Shown here: positions 17,376 to 27,239 of the stretch, piece after piece
Layout of the letters: each line of letters opens with the position of its first letter
Numbering within the stretch: position 1 is the first letter of the stretch
Origin: a virus
Taxonomy: Duplodnaviria > Heunggongvirae > Uroviricota > Caudoviricetes
Virus record (IMG/VR): IMGVR_UViG_3300037418_003165
Span: 1 to 64,000 of that record
Reading direction: 5' to 3' (one strand)
Length of the DNA: 64,000 nucleotides
Translations under genes and position numbers: made by a program
Notes under the pieces: generated by a model
What the model was told of the DNA's origin: nothing
The model's database searches: none
What the model saw: only the letters and a program-made list of their open reading frames with translations

Positions 17376-18553
17376 TGCCGATGACGCAGATCAGCCCCAA
17401 ATTGCTGTCGTGGGCCGTTGAGATCGACGACAACACGATCGAACAGGCGCACCAGACCGCGAGCATGCCGTTCGTGGCCCCGCACGTCGCGCTGATGCCC
17501 GACGCGCACAGTGGGCTCGGCGCCGCGGTGGGAACCGTCATCCCCACCGACGGCGCTGTGATCCCAGCCGCGGTCGGCGTGGACATCGGCTGCGGTATGG
17601 GTGCGATCGAGACTCGCTTCACCGCAGCCGATATCGACGGCCGCGACCTGGGCCAGCTGCGCGCAGCCATCGAGGCCGCGATCCCGCTGAGCCCCGGCTT
17701 CTACAACACCGCCATCACCCGCGACCACACCGCCGAACGGATCGCCGAGCTCGAAGGACTCGCCGCGCGCAACAGCGTCGACCTCACGCATTCTCCGAAG
17801 TGGCGCGAGCAGCTCGGCTCGCTTGGCGGCGGTAACCACTTCATCGAGCTGTGCTTGGACGAACGCCAGCACGTGTGGCTGTTCCTTCACTCCGGAAGCC
17901 GGGGCGTCGGCAACAAGATCGCCCAACGTCACATCAAGATCGCCCAGCAGCTGTGCAAGCGGTGGTGGATCGACCTGCCCAGCCCAGACCTCGCTTACCT
18001 CGTCGAGGGCACACACGAGTTCGCCTTCTACATCAAGGAACTCGCGTGGGCGCAGAAATTCGCCGCGCTCAACCGCGCGGACATGCTCGACCGGTTCGCC
18101 GCCGAATTCGCGCACTGGATCGGCGCCGACGACCACGGCGAAGTCGACCGGATCATCTCCCACCACAACTACACCCGCCGCGAGAAGCACATGGGCCGAG
18201 ACGTCTGGTTGACCCGGAAGGGCGCCGTCGATGCACACGCCGGCGTGCGGTCGATGATTCCAGGCAGCATGGGCACCGCCTCCTACGTCGTGGAAGGCAA
18301 GGGCTGCGTCCCGGCGCTCTGCTCGGCACCGCACGGCGCCGGCCGACGCATGTCGCGCACGGAGGCGAAAAAGCGGTTCACCGCCGACGACCTCTCCGCC
18401 CGCATGCAGGGAATCGAGTACCGGCCGGGCGAGGAATGGGTGGACGAGATCCCGGACGCGTACAAGCCGATCGACGAAGTCATGGCCGCCGCAGAGCCAC
18501 TGGTCACGGTGCTGCACCAATTGCGGCAGGTCATGAACGTCAAGGGAACGTAG
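17375..18553 (+). CDS. rtcB: RtcB RNA 3'-phosphate/5'-OH ligase.
   Basis: ATG overlaps the rsr stop. His/Cys metal-site motifs PDAHSGLG, GCGMG, GNHFIEL, HSGSRG and HHNY are typical of RtcB. Confidence 0.8.
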   Translation: MPMTQISPKLLSWAVEIDDNTIEQAHQTASMPFVAPHVALMPDAHSGLGAAVGTVIPTDGAVIPAAVGVDIGCGMGAIETRFTAADIDGRDLGQLRAAIEAAIPLSPGFYNTAITRDHTAERIAELEGLAARNSVDLTHSPKWREQLGSLGGGNHFIELCLDERQHVWLFLHSGSRGVGNKIAQRHIKIAQQLCKRWWIDLPSPDLAYLVEGTHEFAFYIKELAWAQKFAALNRADMLDRFAAEFAHWIGADDHGEVDRIISHHNYTRREKHMGRDVWLTRKGAVDAHAGVRSMIPGSMGTASYVVEGKGCVPALCSAPHGAGRRMSRTEAKKRFTADDLSARMQGIEYRPGEEWVDEIPDAYKPIDEVMAAAEPLVTVLHQLRQVMNVKGT

Positions 18554-18621
18554 GGGAGCGATGGCATACGCCGAGTCCTGCTGTGGCGCATTCCGAACCG
18601 CGGACGAGAGGTAACACCGAC

Positions 18622-18930
18622 ATGGACGTCACACCTGTCCCGTCGGGTGCCCTGGCCAGGATGAGGAAGTCTGGCGCGAAACCGTCGCCCGGTCTGCTGG
18701 CGGCGATCGACGCCGCGGCGCGGCGCCGCAACCGGCGACAGCTGCCCGCGCGCTGGCACCCGAAAGGCCTGCGCGAACACCTCTGCCAGCAAGCGACATG
18801 CGCGCCCGACAACGAAACCAAGGCCGCCATCAATGCCCTGATCGCCGTGCTCGACCGCCACCGCCCGCTCGGGCCGGACGGCAAGCACGGCACCCAGCAC
18901 ACCCCGACCTGTGGATGCGAGGACACATGA
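18622..18930 (+). CDS. Hypothetical protein.
   Basis: RBS GAGAGG. MDVTPVPSG... Confidence 0.45.
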   Translation: MDVTPVPSGALARMRKSGAKPSPGLLAAIDAAARRRNRRQLPARWHPKGLREHLCQQATCAPDNETKAAINALIAVLDRHRPLGPDGKHGTQHTPTCGCEDT

Positions 18931-19577
18931 CCAACCCCGACAAGACCCTCATCGCCGTGCTGCTCGACCGCTCCGGATCGATGCAATCGGTGAAGGACGA
19001 CACCGAGGGCGGCTTCAACCAGTTCATCGCCGACCAGCGCGAAAAGCCCGGCACCGCAACAGTTACCCTCGCCCAGTTCGACCACGAGTACGAACTCGTC
19101 TACTCCAACGTCCCGCTGGCGAAGGTCCCGCCGCTGGAACTTTCGCCGCGGGGGTCGACCGCACTGCTCGACGGAATCGGGAAGCTCACCGTCGATATCG
19201 GCGCCGACCTCCGCGCGCTGCCCGAAGACCAGCGACCGTCCACGGTGATCGTCGTCGTGCTCACCGACGGCCACGAGAACGCATCGAAGGAATGGTCACG
19301 CGATGCAGTCCAGCGACTGATCACCCAGCAACAGGACCAGTGGAACTGGAACTACATCTTCCTCGGCGCCACCCTCGACGCGGTCGAAACCGGCGTCGAC
19401 CTCGGCGTCATGCGCGGCCACTCGATGCACTTCTCACCCAAGGCGGTCGGGGCCACCTTCGACGCACTGGCCGACGCCACCACGACCATGCGAGGCGGCG
19501 CCGCGTTCACCGGCTTCGGCGACGCCCAGCGCGCGGCCGCCGCCGGCGCACCCGCGGTCGGCACGCCAGACGCATGA
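18927..19577 (+). CDS. von Willebrand factor A (vWA) domain protein.
   Basis: MIDAS motifs DRSGSM and TDGHEN. ATGA overlap. Confidence 0.65.
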   Translation: MTNPDKTLIAVLLDRSGSMQSVKDDTEGGFNQFIADQREKPGTATVTLAQFDHEYELVYSNVPLAKVPPLELSPRGSTALLDGIGKLTVDIGADLRALPEDQRPSTVIVVVLTDGHENASKEWSRDAVQRLITQQQDQWNWNYIFLGATLDAVETGVDLGVMRGHSMHFSPKAVGATFDALADATTTMRGGAAFTGFGDAQRAAAAGAPAVGTPDA

Positions 19578-20722
19578 TGCCTGCGGCCGCCCCGGACGGC
19601 GCGGCGCCGGCCCGCGACGTCGTCGACGAGATCGACCAGCTCGTCGACGAGCAGATGCGGCGGGAACGCTCCGGCTGGGACCACAGCATCAACCAGGCAC
19701 GATGTCCGCATCCCTGGTGCAAAGAACCTTGGCACGGCCTCGCCATCACCACCCGAATGCGTCAGATGCGGGCGAAATGGCGGTCCGCCGTCGAACTCGA
19801 TGAGGAGGCCGGCGGCCGCGTCACCGACGCGGTCGTCGCCGAGCTGAACACATACCGGTACGACGAAGACGACTCACCGATCTGCTGCCCCGGCTCGAAC
19901 TTCACCGGCGAGTTCACACCCCCGGCAGCCCCGCCACCGCGCAACCTGCCCGCGGCTACCGTCTTTACCCGGCCCGCCGGAAGCTCCGGCCCTTGGCAGC
20001 CGGTAGGCCACCTCGCTCCCGAAGGCATCCGCCTGCGCCCGAATCGCGAACGGAATTGGCGCCCGCTGCATATTACCGACCCGCGTCAGCTCGCCCCTGA
20101 GCCGCAGTGGTGGCGGTGCGACGACCTCACGGCGATCATGCCCGAGATCGTCATCCCCGCATCGGCGCAAGACGTCTGCGTGGGCACCCTGGACGGCCGC
20201 ACCTGGATGGACGTCCGCGACCGCCAGCCACCGTCGGCCGGCTCTTGGTACCTACGCGACGAGACCGCAATCCTGGACCTGGCCATCGTCGAACAACTCG
20301 AACAACTGACAGTTGTCGGCACCGCCACGGGCACGACAGGGGTAGGAGCGTCCGTCGAGGTCTGGGACGGACTGGTGGCTCACGCTTTCGCGCGACAAGC
20401 CGAAGCCCGGTTCGAGCGCTTGCGCCACGCGTGGATCGACCCCAGGAACCTGCAGATGCGCCAAATCGGCCAAGACCACGGGATGATCCGGATGGAAGTC
20501 CGCTGGCGGCAACCACATTCACTTCAGGCAGAATTCCGCGGCGGCCGCGCCCACAACCGGCCCGTGCGGACTCTGGACCGCCTCGTCGACGAGATCGAAA
20601 CGCCGATCCGGGTTCCGCTCTCCGTCCACGACTTGGGCTTCAACATCGAGCGCTATCGGCGAGCCGGCTTCAACACCATCACAGGCAACTGGGTGTACCG
20701 CCCCGAAACGGAGCAGTCGTGA
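19574..20722 (+). CDS. Hypothetical protein (382 aa).
   Basis: ATGA overlap. GC3-biased frame. Confidence 0.55.
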   Translation: MMPAAAPDGAAPARDVVDEIDQLVDEQMRRERSGWDHSINQARCPHPWCKEPWHGLAITTRMRQMRAKWRSAVELDEEAGGRVTDAVVAELNTYRYDEDDSPICCPGSNFTGEFTPPAAPPPRNLPAATVFTRPAGSSGPWQPVGHLAPEGIRLRPNRERNWRPLHITDPRQLAPEPQWWRCDDLTAIMPEIVIPASAQDVCVGTLDGRTWMDVRDRQPPSAGSWYLRDETAILDLAIVEQLEQLTVVGTATGTTGVGASVEVWDGLVAHAFARQAEARFERLRHAWIDPRNLQMRQIGQDHGMIRMEVRWRQPHSLQAEFRGGRAHNRPVRTLDRLVDEIETPIRVPLSVHDLGFNIERYRRAGFNTITGNWVYRPETEQS

Positions 20723-21165
20723 GTGATTCGCCCGAGACTTACCCGAAATCGCCGGACCTCGGATGTTGCATGGCCTCGCTGCTCGGCCAGGCCTGCACCT
20801 GCTGGCGCGACGTCATCGCACCGCACCCGGCCCGGGACGTCCAGGCCGGCCCGTCACCGGTCCGCGAAGGTCGTTGCGGAGACTGCGCGTACCGGCACGA
20901 CTCCCCGGAGAGAACCGCGCTCGAGGGCGACACGCTCCCGTATAACCGCGACGTCACTTTCTACTGTCACGATGGGATGCCGAAAACAATTGCGCACGTG
21001 CATCCTTCGGGCGTGGTCGAGCTGCCCATGGGAGACGACTACCAACCGGTGATTCGTGTCGGTAGGGCGTGGCAGGCTGACGGCAGACCCGCCATCGTGT
21101 GCGCGGGCTGGGCGGCCGAAGACCGCCGATACCAGGCGACCAGGGGTGGAGGCCGAAATGGCTGA
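20719..21165 (+). CDS. Hypothetical Cys-rich protein.
   Basis: GTGA overlap. Confidence 0.45.
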   Translation: MSDSPETYPKSPDLGCCMASLLGQACTCWRDVIAPHPARDVQAGPSPVREGRCGDCAYRHDSPERTALEGDTLPYNRDVTFYCHDGMPKTIAHVHPSGVVELPMGDDYQPVIRVGRAWQADGRPAIVCAGWAAEDRRYQATRGGGRNG

Positions 21166-21370
21166 AGAGATCGACGAGGATGTCCCCACCACGGTGGCGA
21201 TCAAATGCCGCCGCTGCCCCGGCTGGCTCACCTCCGAAGAATCCAAACGGAAAGGCGTCGGCCCGACCTGTGAGCGGAAAGAGGCGGCCGAGAAGCGCGC
21301 CGCGGCTGTGGCCGGGCGTGAGCTCACCCTGTTCGAGATCCGCGAGGCCGAGGCCAAACCGGCTGCATGA
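21158..21370 (+). CDS. Small Cys-rich protein.
   Basis: MAEEIDEDVPTTVAIKCRRCPGW... Confidence 0.45.
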   Translation: MAEEIDEDVPTTVAIKCRRCPGWLTSEESKRKGVGPTCERKEAAEKRAAAVAGRELTLFEIREAEAKPAA

Positions 21371-21489
21371 ACCCGGGAAGACCCAGGAGATATGCCGAAA
21401 GCGTTGTCGTCCTGGGCTCTTCGCGTATCTGAGCAACGGATTTCCGCAATCGCGCGACGCGACTCCTGCAACACGCCAGGATCGATGGC

Positions 21490-21906
21490 ATGAGCGCAGA
21501 AGACCCCGATGACGAGCAGCTACAGCAGCACTTCGCCGACATCGACGAACACAGACTCGCCCAGCAACACGCCAGCATGCAATTCGCATTCCCCCCAGCC
21601 ACCGTCGAACCGATCATCGACATCGACCTGTACCTCCACGACGACACCGGCGTCGAATCGTGGACAGCCGAATGGGGGCTCCTGGGCGAAGAATGCGCCG
21701 GCCAAACGACCAGCGATGATTTCGCCGAAATCCTGGATGAGGTAGCGGCGTACGCAGACGTATGCGTTGCCGGGCGCGACTTTATCCGGCTGGAATGGAC
21801 CTTCCACGGGGAAGACGGCGCAGCCGTCCCCGCCCCGCCGATCCTCGTCGAACATCTCGGTGTGACCCTCCCCGACCGCTATCCGGTGCGGCCTGAGCGT
21901 GGCTAG
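21490..21906 (+). CDS. Acidic hypothetical protein.
   Basis: Listed 138-aa ORF with no overlap to its neighbours. Confidence 0.5.
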   Translation: MSAEDPDDEQLQQHFADIDEHRLAQQHASMQFAFPPATVEPIIDIDLYLHDDTGVESWTAEWGLLGEECAGQTTSDDFAEILDEVAAYADVCVAGRDFIRLEWTFHGEDGAAVPAPPILVEHLGVTLPDRYPVRPERG

Positions 21907-22231
21907 CCTTGTTCGAGGTATCCGCCGCCAGTAGACCTGTCGATGGCGGCCTGACGGGGCGTCGTCCAGATCACGCGCGACTTCGAGTATCAAAAGGCGA
22001 AGGCTGTCGGTACCGTTTCGTATGATTGTTACGGGACCGCAATATTTCGGTTCCGGATACGCTGAGGCCCTGCCAGAGGCGGCTCCAGCAGGGCCCGGGT
22101 GCGTCTTGGTCGGACGCCCATAGTCTACGCAACACCTCCGACACTCGCAGGTCGGGGGTGGCGCCTAGCGCTGTTCTTCCTGCTGGCAGGCCCCTCGACG
22201 GTCCGCACAACGCAATATCGAGGAGAACAGC

Positions 22232-23296
22232 GTGAACAACGACAACGCCGGCGCGTTCGACGAGGACAATCCGCCATCCGAGGAACTCGCGACAGCACCG
22301 TCGAGCGAATTCATCGTCTACCGCACTGAAGACGGGCGCGTCGAGGTCCAACTGCGAACGGTCGACAACACCGTCTGGCTGAGCCAGCGGCAGATGGCCG
22401 ACCTGTTCGACAAGGACGTTCGCACCATCAACGACCACCTCAAGCGGATCTACGAAGAGGGGGAGTGTGTGATGGAGGCAACTATCCGTAAATTCCGGAT
22501 AGTTCAATCCGAAGGCGAACGCATGGTCGAACGCGCCGTCGACCACTACAACCTGGACGCCGTGCTGGCGGTCGGATACCGCGTGCGGTCCGCCCGCGGC
22601 ACCCAGTTCCGGCGCTGGGCCAGCACCGTGCTGCGGGAGTACCTCGTCAAGGGCTTCGCCATGAACGACGCACGGCTGAAGGATCCGGTCGGCGCGGACT
22701 ACTTCGACGAACTCCTCGAGCGGATCCGCGACATCCGCGCGTCCGAAAAGCGCTTCTACGAGAAGGTCCGCGATGTGTTCTCGGCATCGAGCGCCGACTA
22801 CGACCCTAAGTCCAAGATCGCGACGACATTCTTCGCCACGATCCAGAACAAGCTGCTGTTCGCGGTGACCGGGCACACGGCCGCCGAGCTCGTGGTGAAG
22901 CGCTGCAACCACGAGCTGCCCAACATGGGCCTCACCAGCTGGAAGGGCGGCGTCGTCCGCAAGGGCGACGTCGGAATCGCGAAGAACTATCTCGATGAGA
23001 AGGAAGTGAAGCAGCTCAACCGCCTCACCACGCGGTTCCTCGACTTCGCCGAGGACCGCGCGGAGCGGCGCCAGCAGATGCTGATGGCCGACTGGGTGGC
23101 CCAGACCGATCGCTTCCTGGAATTCGACGAGCGCGGCATCCTCAAAGGTCCCGGGCGCGTGTCGGCCGACGAAGCGACCCGCGTGTCGTCCGAACGCTAC
23201 GCCCGATTCGACGAGCGCCGGCGCGAGCTGCAGGCGCAGGCCGCGGATGTCGCCGAACTTGAAGCGATCCAGGCGGAAATCGAGGGGCGCGAGTAG
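22232..23296 (+). CDS. RhuM-family protein.
   Basis: YRTEDGRVEVQL...VWLSQRQMADLF...HYNLDAVLAVGYRVRSARGTQFRRWA...YFDELLERIRDIRASEKRFY closely matches RhuM consensus blocks I recall. A long intergenic region lies upstream. Confidence 0.7.
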   Translation: MNNDNAGAFDEDNPPSEELATAPSSEFIVYRTEDGRVEVQLRTVDNTVWLSQRQMADLFDKDVRTINDHLKRIYEEGECVMEATIRKFRIVQSEGERMVERAVDHYNLDAVLAVGYRVRSARGTQFRRWASTVLREYLVKGFAMNDARLKDPVGADYFDELLERIRDIRASEKRFYEKVRDVFSASSADYDPKSKIATTFFATIQNKLLFAVTGHTAAELVVKRCNHELPNMGLTSWKGGVVRKGDVGIAKNYLDEKEVKQLNRLTTRFLDFAEDRAERRQQMLMADWVAQTDRFLEFDERGILKGPGRVSADEATRVSSERYARFDERRRELQAQAADVAELEAIQAEIEGRE

Positions 23297-23397
23297 CACC
23301 GCGGCGACAGGCAAGGAACCGCGGCCTGCGGCCCGCGCATCGGACTCGGTGTGCGGACCGCTGGGCCGCGGCATCCGCCCAGCCGTATTATTCGAAC

Positions 23398-23697
23398 GTG
23401 AGTTCGGAAGCTGATGGTGTTGCGCCTCGGTACGAGTTGCCCGATGGCACCGCCGTCGAGGCTGGCACGCTGTGGCAAGTCCGCGGAGGCGGTTGGATGG
23501 AAGGCCGGCCGATCGAATGCCCGAACGGTCACCGCCTGGAGGCGGGGCGCGTGCTCGTCGGCACGCGAGCGTGCACTCTCATGCCTACCGGTTGTCACCG
23601 CACTCACGAGTGCCGCGAATGTGGTGCGGTGATCTTCACCCCGCCGGTTGAGGAGTCGTGTCGGCACACTGCGTTCGACGGCCGCGCGGGTCGCTGA
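23398..23697 (+). CDS. Small Cys/His-rich hypothetical protein.
   Basis: Listed 99-aa ORF in a region of dropping GC. Confidence 0.3.
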   Translation: MSSEADGVAPRYELPDGTAVEAGTLWQVRGGGWMEGRPIECPNGHRLEAGRVLVGTRACTLMPTGCHRTHECRECGAVIFTPPVEESCRHTAFDGRAGR

Positions 23698-23721
23698 CTG
23701 ATTCGCTCCAGCGACCGTCTG

Positions 23722-23760
23722 GTCCGGTTTTCTGACCGCCGATAACGTTTGGTTATCGGA
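23722..23760. terminator. Near-perfect 16-bp inverted repeat (tctgaccGccgataac-gtttg-gttatcggAggtcaga).
   Basis: Read directly from the sequence. Preceded by a T-run and not followed by a clear U-tract. Confidence 0.45.
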
Positions 23761-24266
23761 GGTCAGAAATTCATAGGATGATCCGGTGACAGGCTGACTC
23801 GAATGCGTGGAATGTCGGAAGGTCAACTGCGCCAACATAATTCGAACATATGCGCGAGAGTGTGCGTGCAGCATGGTTCTCGGTGAATACGGGAGACAAG
23901 AGCTGCCACTCAGTTCACATCGAAGCCCCGGGATTTTCGTTGACTCTGGGGCCTCTCTATCTCGGTTGGCGCAAATCTGTTGCGCTGCAATAGTTCGCGA
24001 TCGATCAGCCGTGAATCCCAGCGGTCCGTGAATGTGAAAAGCGTTGCCGGGCAGAAGATTGCCCCTGGGCCGCCTGCTCGGCCGCTGCCATCGTTCATCA
24101 CCTCGACGGCAAAAGAAGGGGGCGGGTGATGAGCCAGGCCCCTCGGGTGGTTCCGGGCAGGCTAGCCGGTCCGCGGTGCACCACTCGCCGACGCGGTTGC
24201 CCGCCCAGGGGGACACCTACAATATCGCGCCGCCACAATCCGTACTCCGGTTGCCAGAATCGACAC

Positions 24267-24647
24267 ATGCCCTCGTCCTCAATTGCCGCGCTCGATAAGC
24301 GGAACCTCGTCGACTGCTTCTTCTACGTCCGCGAACCGGCTACCGGACACCCCGGCAAATACAGATACACCCGGACCACCCTCAACGGGCAGAACATGAA
24401 CGGCGCCTACCGCACCGCGCACCCGCCGGTGCCCGGCGACCTCATCGACCTCGCCGATACCGTCCACCGTGATCTGCGGGGCGTCTATCGAGTCATCGGC
24501 CGTCACTGGTTCCGCAACGAATTCTGCTCCGCAAACTGGCCGGCCACCGAAGAGTTGCCGACTGAACCGGCCCTGCTGTACCTCGTCGTGGAACGCGCCG
24601 AGGGATTGTTCCCGGACGAAGCGCCGTCGGATGAGGACGAGGAATGA
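24267..24647 (+). CDS. Hypothetical protein.
   Basis: ATG 24267, in frame with listed ORF 24126..24647. Preceded by a low-GC region. Confidence 0.45.
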   Translation: MPSSSIAALDKRNLVDCFFYVREPATGHPGKYRYTRTTLNGQNMNGAYRTAHPPVPGDLIDLADTVHRDLRGVYRVIGRHWFRNEFCSANWPATEELPTEPALLYLVVERAEGLFPDEAPSDEDEE

Positions 24648-25138
24648 CGTCGATCGAGAAGTGGGCGCCCCTGTTCCTGTGGCGATCACGGGACCCTGAG
24701 GGCCGCCCGGTCAGCCAGTCGAGTGAGCGGCCACCGATGAGTGCCCTATGTGAAGGCGGCAGTCTCACAGTCGACTTCCCGAAGGGACATCGTATGTGCT
24801 GGCGGGTTATCAATGGGCGCCTGGTAGACGAGTCCGAACTGCTGCCGCCGATCACTCTGCAACGCAACCCGTTCCTCGAATCCGAGCAGCAAGACGCCTC
24901 CCGCTGGGCGATCGTTCACGACCGGTGGAAAGACCCACTCGACACTCTGGAACTTCTGGCGCCGGATGAGCCATTCGTCCAGGACATGCTGGCGACGCGC
25001 GAGAATATCCGCCGTACTTACGATGAGATCACAGCCTCCGTGCCCGACGGGCTGACGCCGCGCGCGCGGGACGAATACGTCGCAGCGCAGGTCATGCAGT
25101 CGATCGCGTCCGGGATCGCTGCTAAGAGGCGCCCGTGA
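24644..25138 (+). CDS. Hypothetical protein.
   Basis: ATGA overlap. Confidence 0.5.
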   Translation: MTSIEKWAPLFLWRSRDPEGRPVSQSSERPPMSALCEGGSLTVDFPKGHRMCWRVINGRLVDESELLPPITLQRNPFLESEQQDASRWAIVHDRWKDPLDTLELLAPDEPFVQDMLATRENIRRTYDEITASVPDGLTPRARDEYVAAQVMQSIASGIAAKRRP

Positions 25139-25632
25139 CCATCGTCGAGTTCATCGAGGCCCGGCTTGCCGAGGACGAGGAAACCGCGCAATCTGCGATC
25201 GACCCCGAACGTCCTGGTACGCATTGGTGTTGGGAAGACGGCGAGAGGGATCCGTTGCAACCTGGGGTTGAGGTGGAAGGGCTGGATACCCAGGCGATTT
25301 CGCTGCGAACGGTCGAGGAGTATCCGACACGTCATGTCGGCCCGCTGCCCGCGTTCATTCTCCGCCAGGTGGAGGCGCGCCAGCAGGGCGGCCTGTGGCA
25401 CATCGCCCGCCACGACCCGGCACGGGTGCTGCAGCAGTGCGAGTTCGGCCGCGACGTGCTCGACGCATATCGCACTGCGGTCAGAGCGCGCAACTCTCGC
25501 AACGAGCACGCCACCAACGCATTCACGGCCGGCCAAGACGCAGCGGCTGTGATGTGGCTCGGGTGGATGCTGCAGAAGTTGGCCGCAATATGGTCCGATC
25601 ACCCGGACTACCGGACGGAGTGGGCCGCGTGA
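25135..25632 (+). CDS. Hypothetical protein (tandem paralog A).
   Basis: GTGA overlap. DPARVLQQCEFGRDVLDAYR resembles the next gene. Confidence 0.5.
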   Translation: MTIVEFIEARLAEDEETAQSAIDPERPGTHWCWEDGERDPLQPGVEVEGLDTQAISLRTVEEYPTRHVGPLPAFILRQVEARQQGGLWHIARHDPARVLQQCEFGRDVLDAYRTAVRARNSRNEHATNAFTAGQDAAAVMWLGWMLQKLAAIWSDHPDYRTEWAA

Positions 25633-26018
25633 CCTCCGATGACATCCTGTCTCGTCTGTCTGCTGGCCTGGACCGGGACGAGCAACTCGCCCGAGCGATC
25701 GACGACAAGCAGTTCGACAGCGGGTGGAGCATCATCTCCTATCCAGGTGCCGCCGGGAAGACGATCAGCCCGCATATCGGTCACGTCCACGAGGTCGAGG
25801 CGGCAGAGCACATCGTGCGCCAAGACCCGGCCCGCACCCTGCGGCGGGTGGAGGCGATCCGGAAGGTGATCGAACGCTATGAGTTCGTCACCAGTCACGG
25901 CCCGGCGGTCGACAACACTCGGGCGATGGACATGACCACAGGCGCTACGGCCGCGCTGCGGGACGTGCTGGAGATGCTGGCCTCCATCTACTCCGATCCC
26001 GCCGGGGAGGGTGAGTGA
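25629..26018 (+). CDS. Hypothetical protein (tandem paralog B).
   Basis: GTGA overlap. DPARTLRRVEAIRKVIERYE...LASIYSD. Confidence 0.5.
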   Translation: MTSDDILSRLSAGLDRDEQLARAIDDKQFDSGWSIISYPGAAGKTISPHIGHVHEVEAAEHIVRQDPARTLRRVEAIRKVIERYEFVTSHGPAVDNTRAMDMTTGATAALRDVLEMLASIYSDPAGEGE

Positions 26019-26230
26019 GCATCGACGACATCGGCGTGACCGCCCAACAGCTCCGTGAGATGGCCGACGCGGTCGCCGCCCGCTACCCCGCCGCGGTACT
26101 GGTGAAGAACCAGGTCGGCAACCTCTCAGTGGTGAATGCGGGCGAGTATCTGGGGTTTCTGGACCTGCGGTTCGGTGGCGTGACGTTCTTCGAGGACAAC
26201 GATTCCGCCGAGACGGGAGGGGAATCGTGA
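26015..26230 (+). CDS. Small hypothetical protein.
   Basis: GTGA overlap. Confidence 0.4.
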   Translation: MSIDDIGVTAQQLREMADAVAARYPAAVLVKNQVGNLSVVNAGEYLGFLDLRFGGVTFFEDNDSAETGGES

Positions 26231-26451
26231 GCGATCGTAAGCCCTACGAGACGTCCATCTCGCTGGAGGGCGCCCTCATCGGTTGGACAGACCGCGACGG
26301 CCAACTCCATGTGGAGCGCTGCCGGGGTGAGTGGCCCTGCCGGATCAGGTTGGTATCTGAACCCGATCTACCGCGCGCCTTGCGAAAACTCTCCGCCATT
26401 GAGGACATGGTGCGGGAGATCACCGGCGGGACAGGAGAACCGACGCCGTGA
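26227..26451 (+). CDS. Small hypothetical protein.
   Basis: GTGA overlap. Confidence 0.4.
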   Translation: MSDRKPYETSISLEGALIGWTDRDGQLHVERCRGEWPCRIRLVSEPDLPRALRKLSAIEDMVREITGGTGEPTP

Positions 26452-26738
26452 GCGCCTGGGAGCACTGGTCCAAGGCCGAGGCTCACATGGCCGAGTATCA
26501 ATTCCGCGACGCCGCCGAGCTCGCGGACGAACTGCTTGAGGCGGGCTACATCCTCGCCGCCGACCGCGACACGGTCGCGACGGAGATCGGCGTCCACGAC
26601 GCCGTCTACGTATTTGAGGACGACGCCCCGCATTGCAAGTGCGGGAAGTGGCTGGAGGACAACGAGTACGAGTGGCCGGACCATGTGGGTGATGTGCTCG
26701 ACAAGTGGATCACCGAAGCGGGGAGGGGGGACCGATGA
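26448..26738 (+). CDS. Small hypothetical protein.
   Basis: GTGA overlap. Confidence 0.4.
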   Translation: MSAWEHWSKAEAHMAEYQFRDAAELADELLEAGYILAADRDTVATEIGVHDAVYVFEDDAPHCKCGKWLEDNEYEWPDHVGDVLDKWITEAGRGDR

Positions 26739-26992
26739 GCGACTGGCGCGGAGGCTTCTACGCTGCCGTTGCCGCGTGGCTCCGCGACCGTGAACCCGCC
26801 CTCGATATCGCGCGCGTCGTGGGCGTGGACGAGAGTATCGACATCAATCCCGGCTACTCGGTGGCCGACGACACGGTCGAGGTGAACCTTGAGGTCCGGT
26901 ACATGACGTCGGAGGGTGTGGAGCAGACGCATTCGCGGCTGGGCGGCCTCGGCGAAGTCATCCGGGAGATCACCGCGGGAGCGGAGTCGTGA
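26735..26992 (+). CDS. Small hypothetical protein.
   Basis: ATGA overlap. Confidence 0.4.
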   Translation: MSDWRGGFYAAVAAWLRDREPALDIARVVGVDESIDINPGYSVADDTVEVNLEVRYMTSEGVEQTHSRLGGLGEVIREITAGAES

Positions 26993-27201
26993 GCAAGCTG
27001 TTGTGTCAGAACTGCAAGGGCGAGATGCGTTGGAACCCAAACGCCCCGGCGTACCGGTGTAGCGATCCTGGCTGTCGGTGTGAGACGGCGCAGGGATGCT
27101 ATGAGCATGTCGGCGAGGATTGCACGCTGTTCCTGTGGCTGCTCCAGGTACCTGACGACGCCGAGGCGGGAGCGCCCAAGGTGGCGGCGGGAGAGTCGTG
27201 A
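26989..27201 (+). CDS. Small zinc-ribbon protein.
   Basis: GTGA overlap. CQNCKG...CSDPGCRC. Confidence 0.4.
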   Translation: MSKLLCQNCKGEMRWNPNAPAYRCSDPGCRCETAQGCYEHVGEDCTLFLWLLQVPDDAEAGAPKVAAGES

Positions 27202-27239
27202 GCGACGAAATCGCGGACAGGCGCCGATAGGATCGCGGC

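Noticed and set aside
15719-18553. A 944-aa + strand ORF spanning the Y RNA, rsr and rtcB regions.
   Set aside because: It is an artifact of a frame staying open through high-GC DNA. It overlaps two well-supported genes (rsr and rtcB) that lie in different frames, each with its own RBS.
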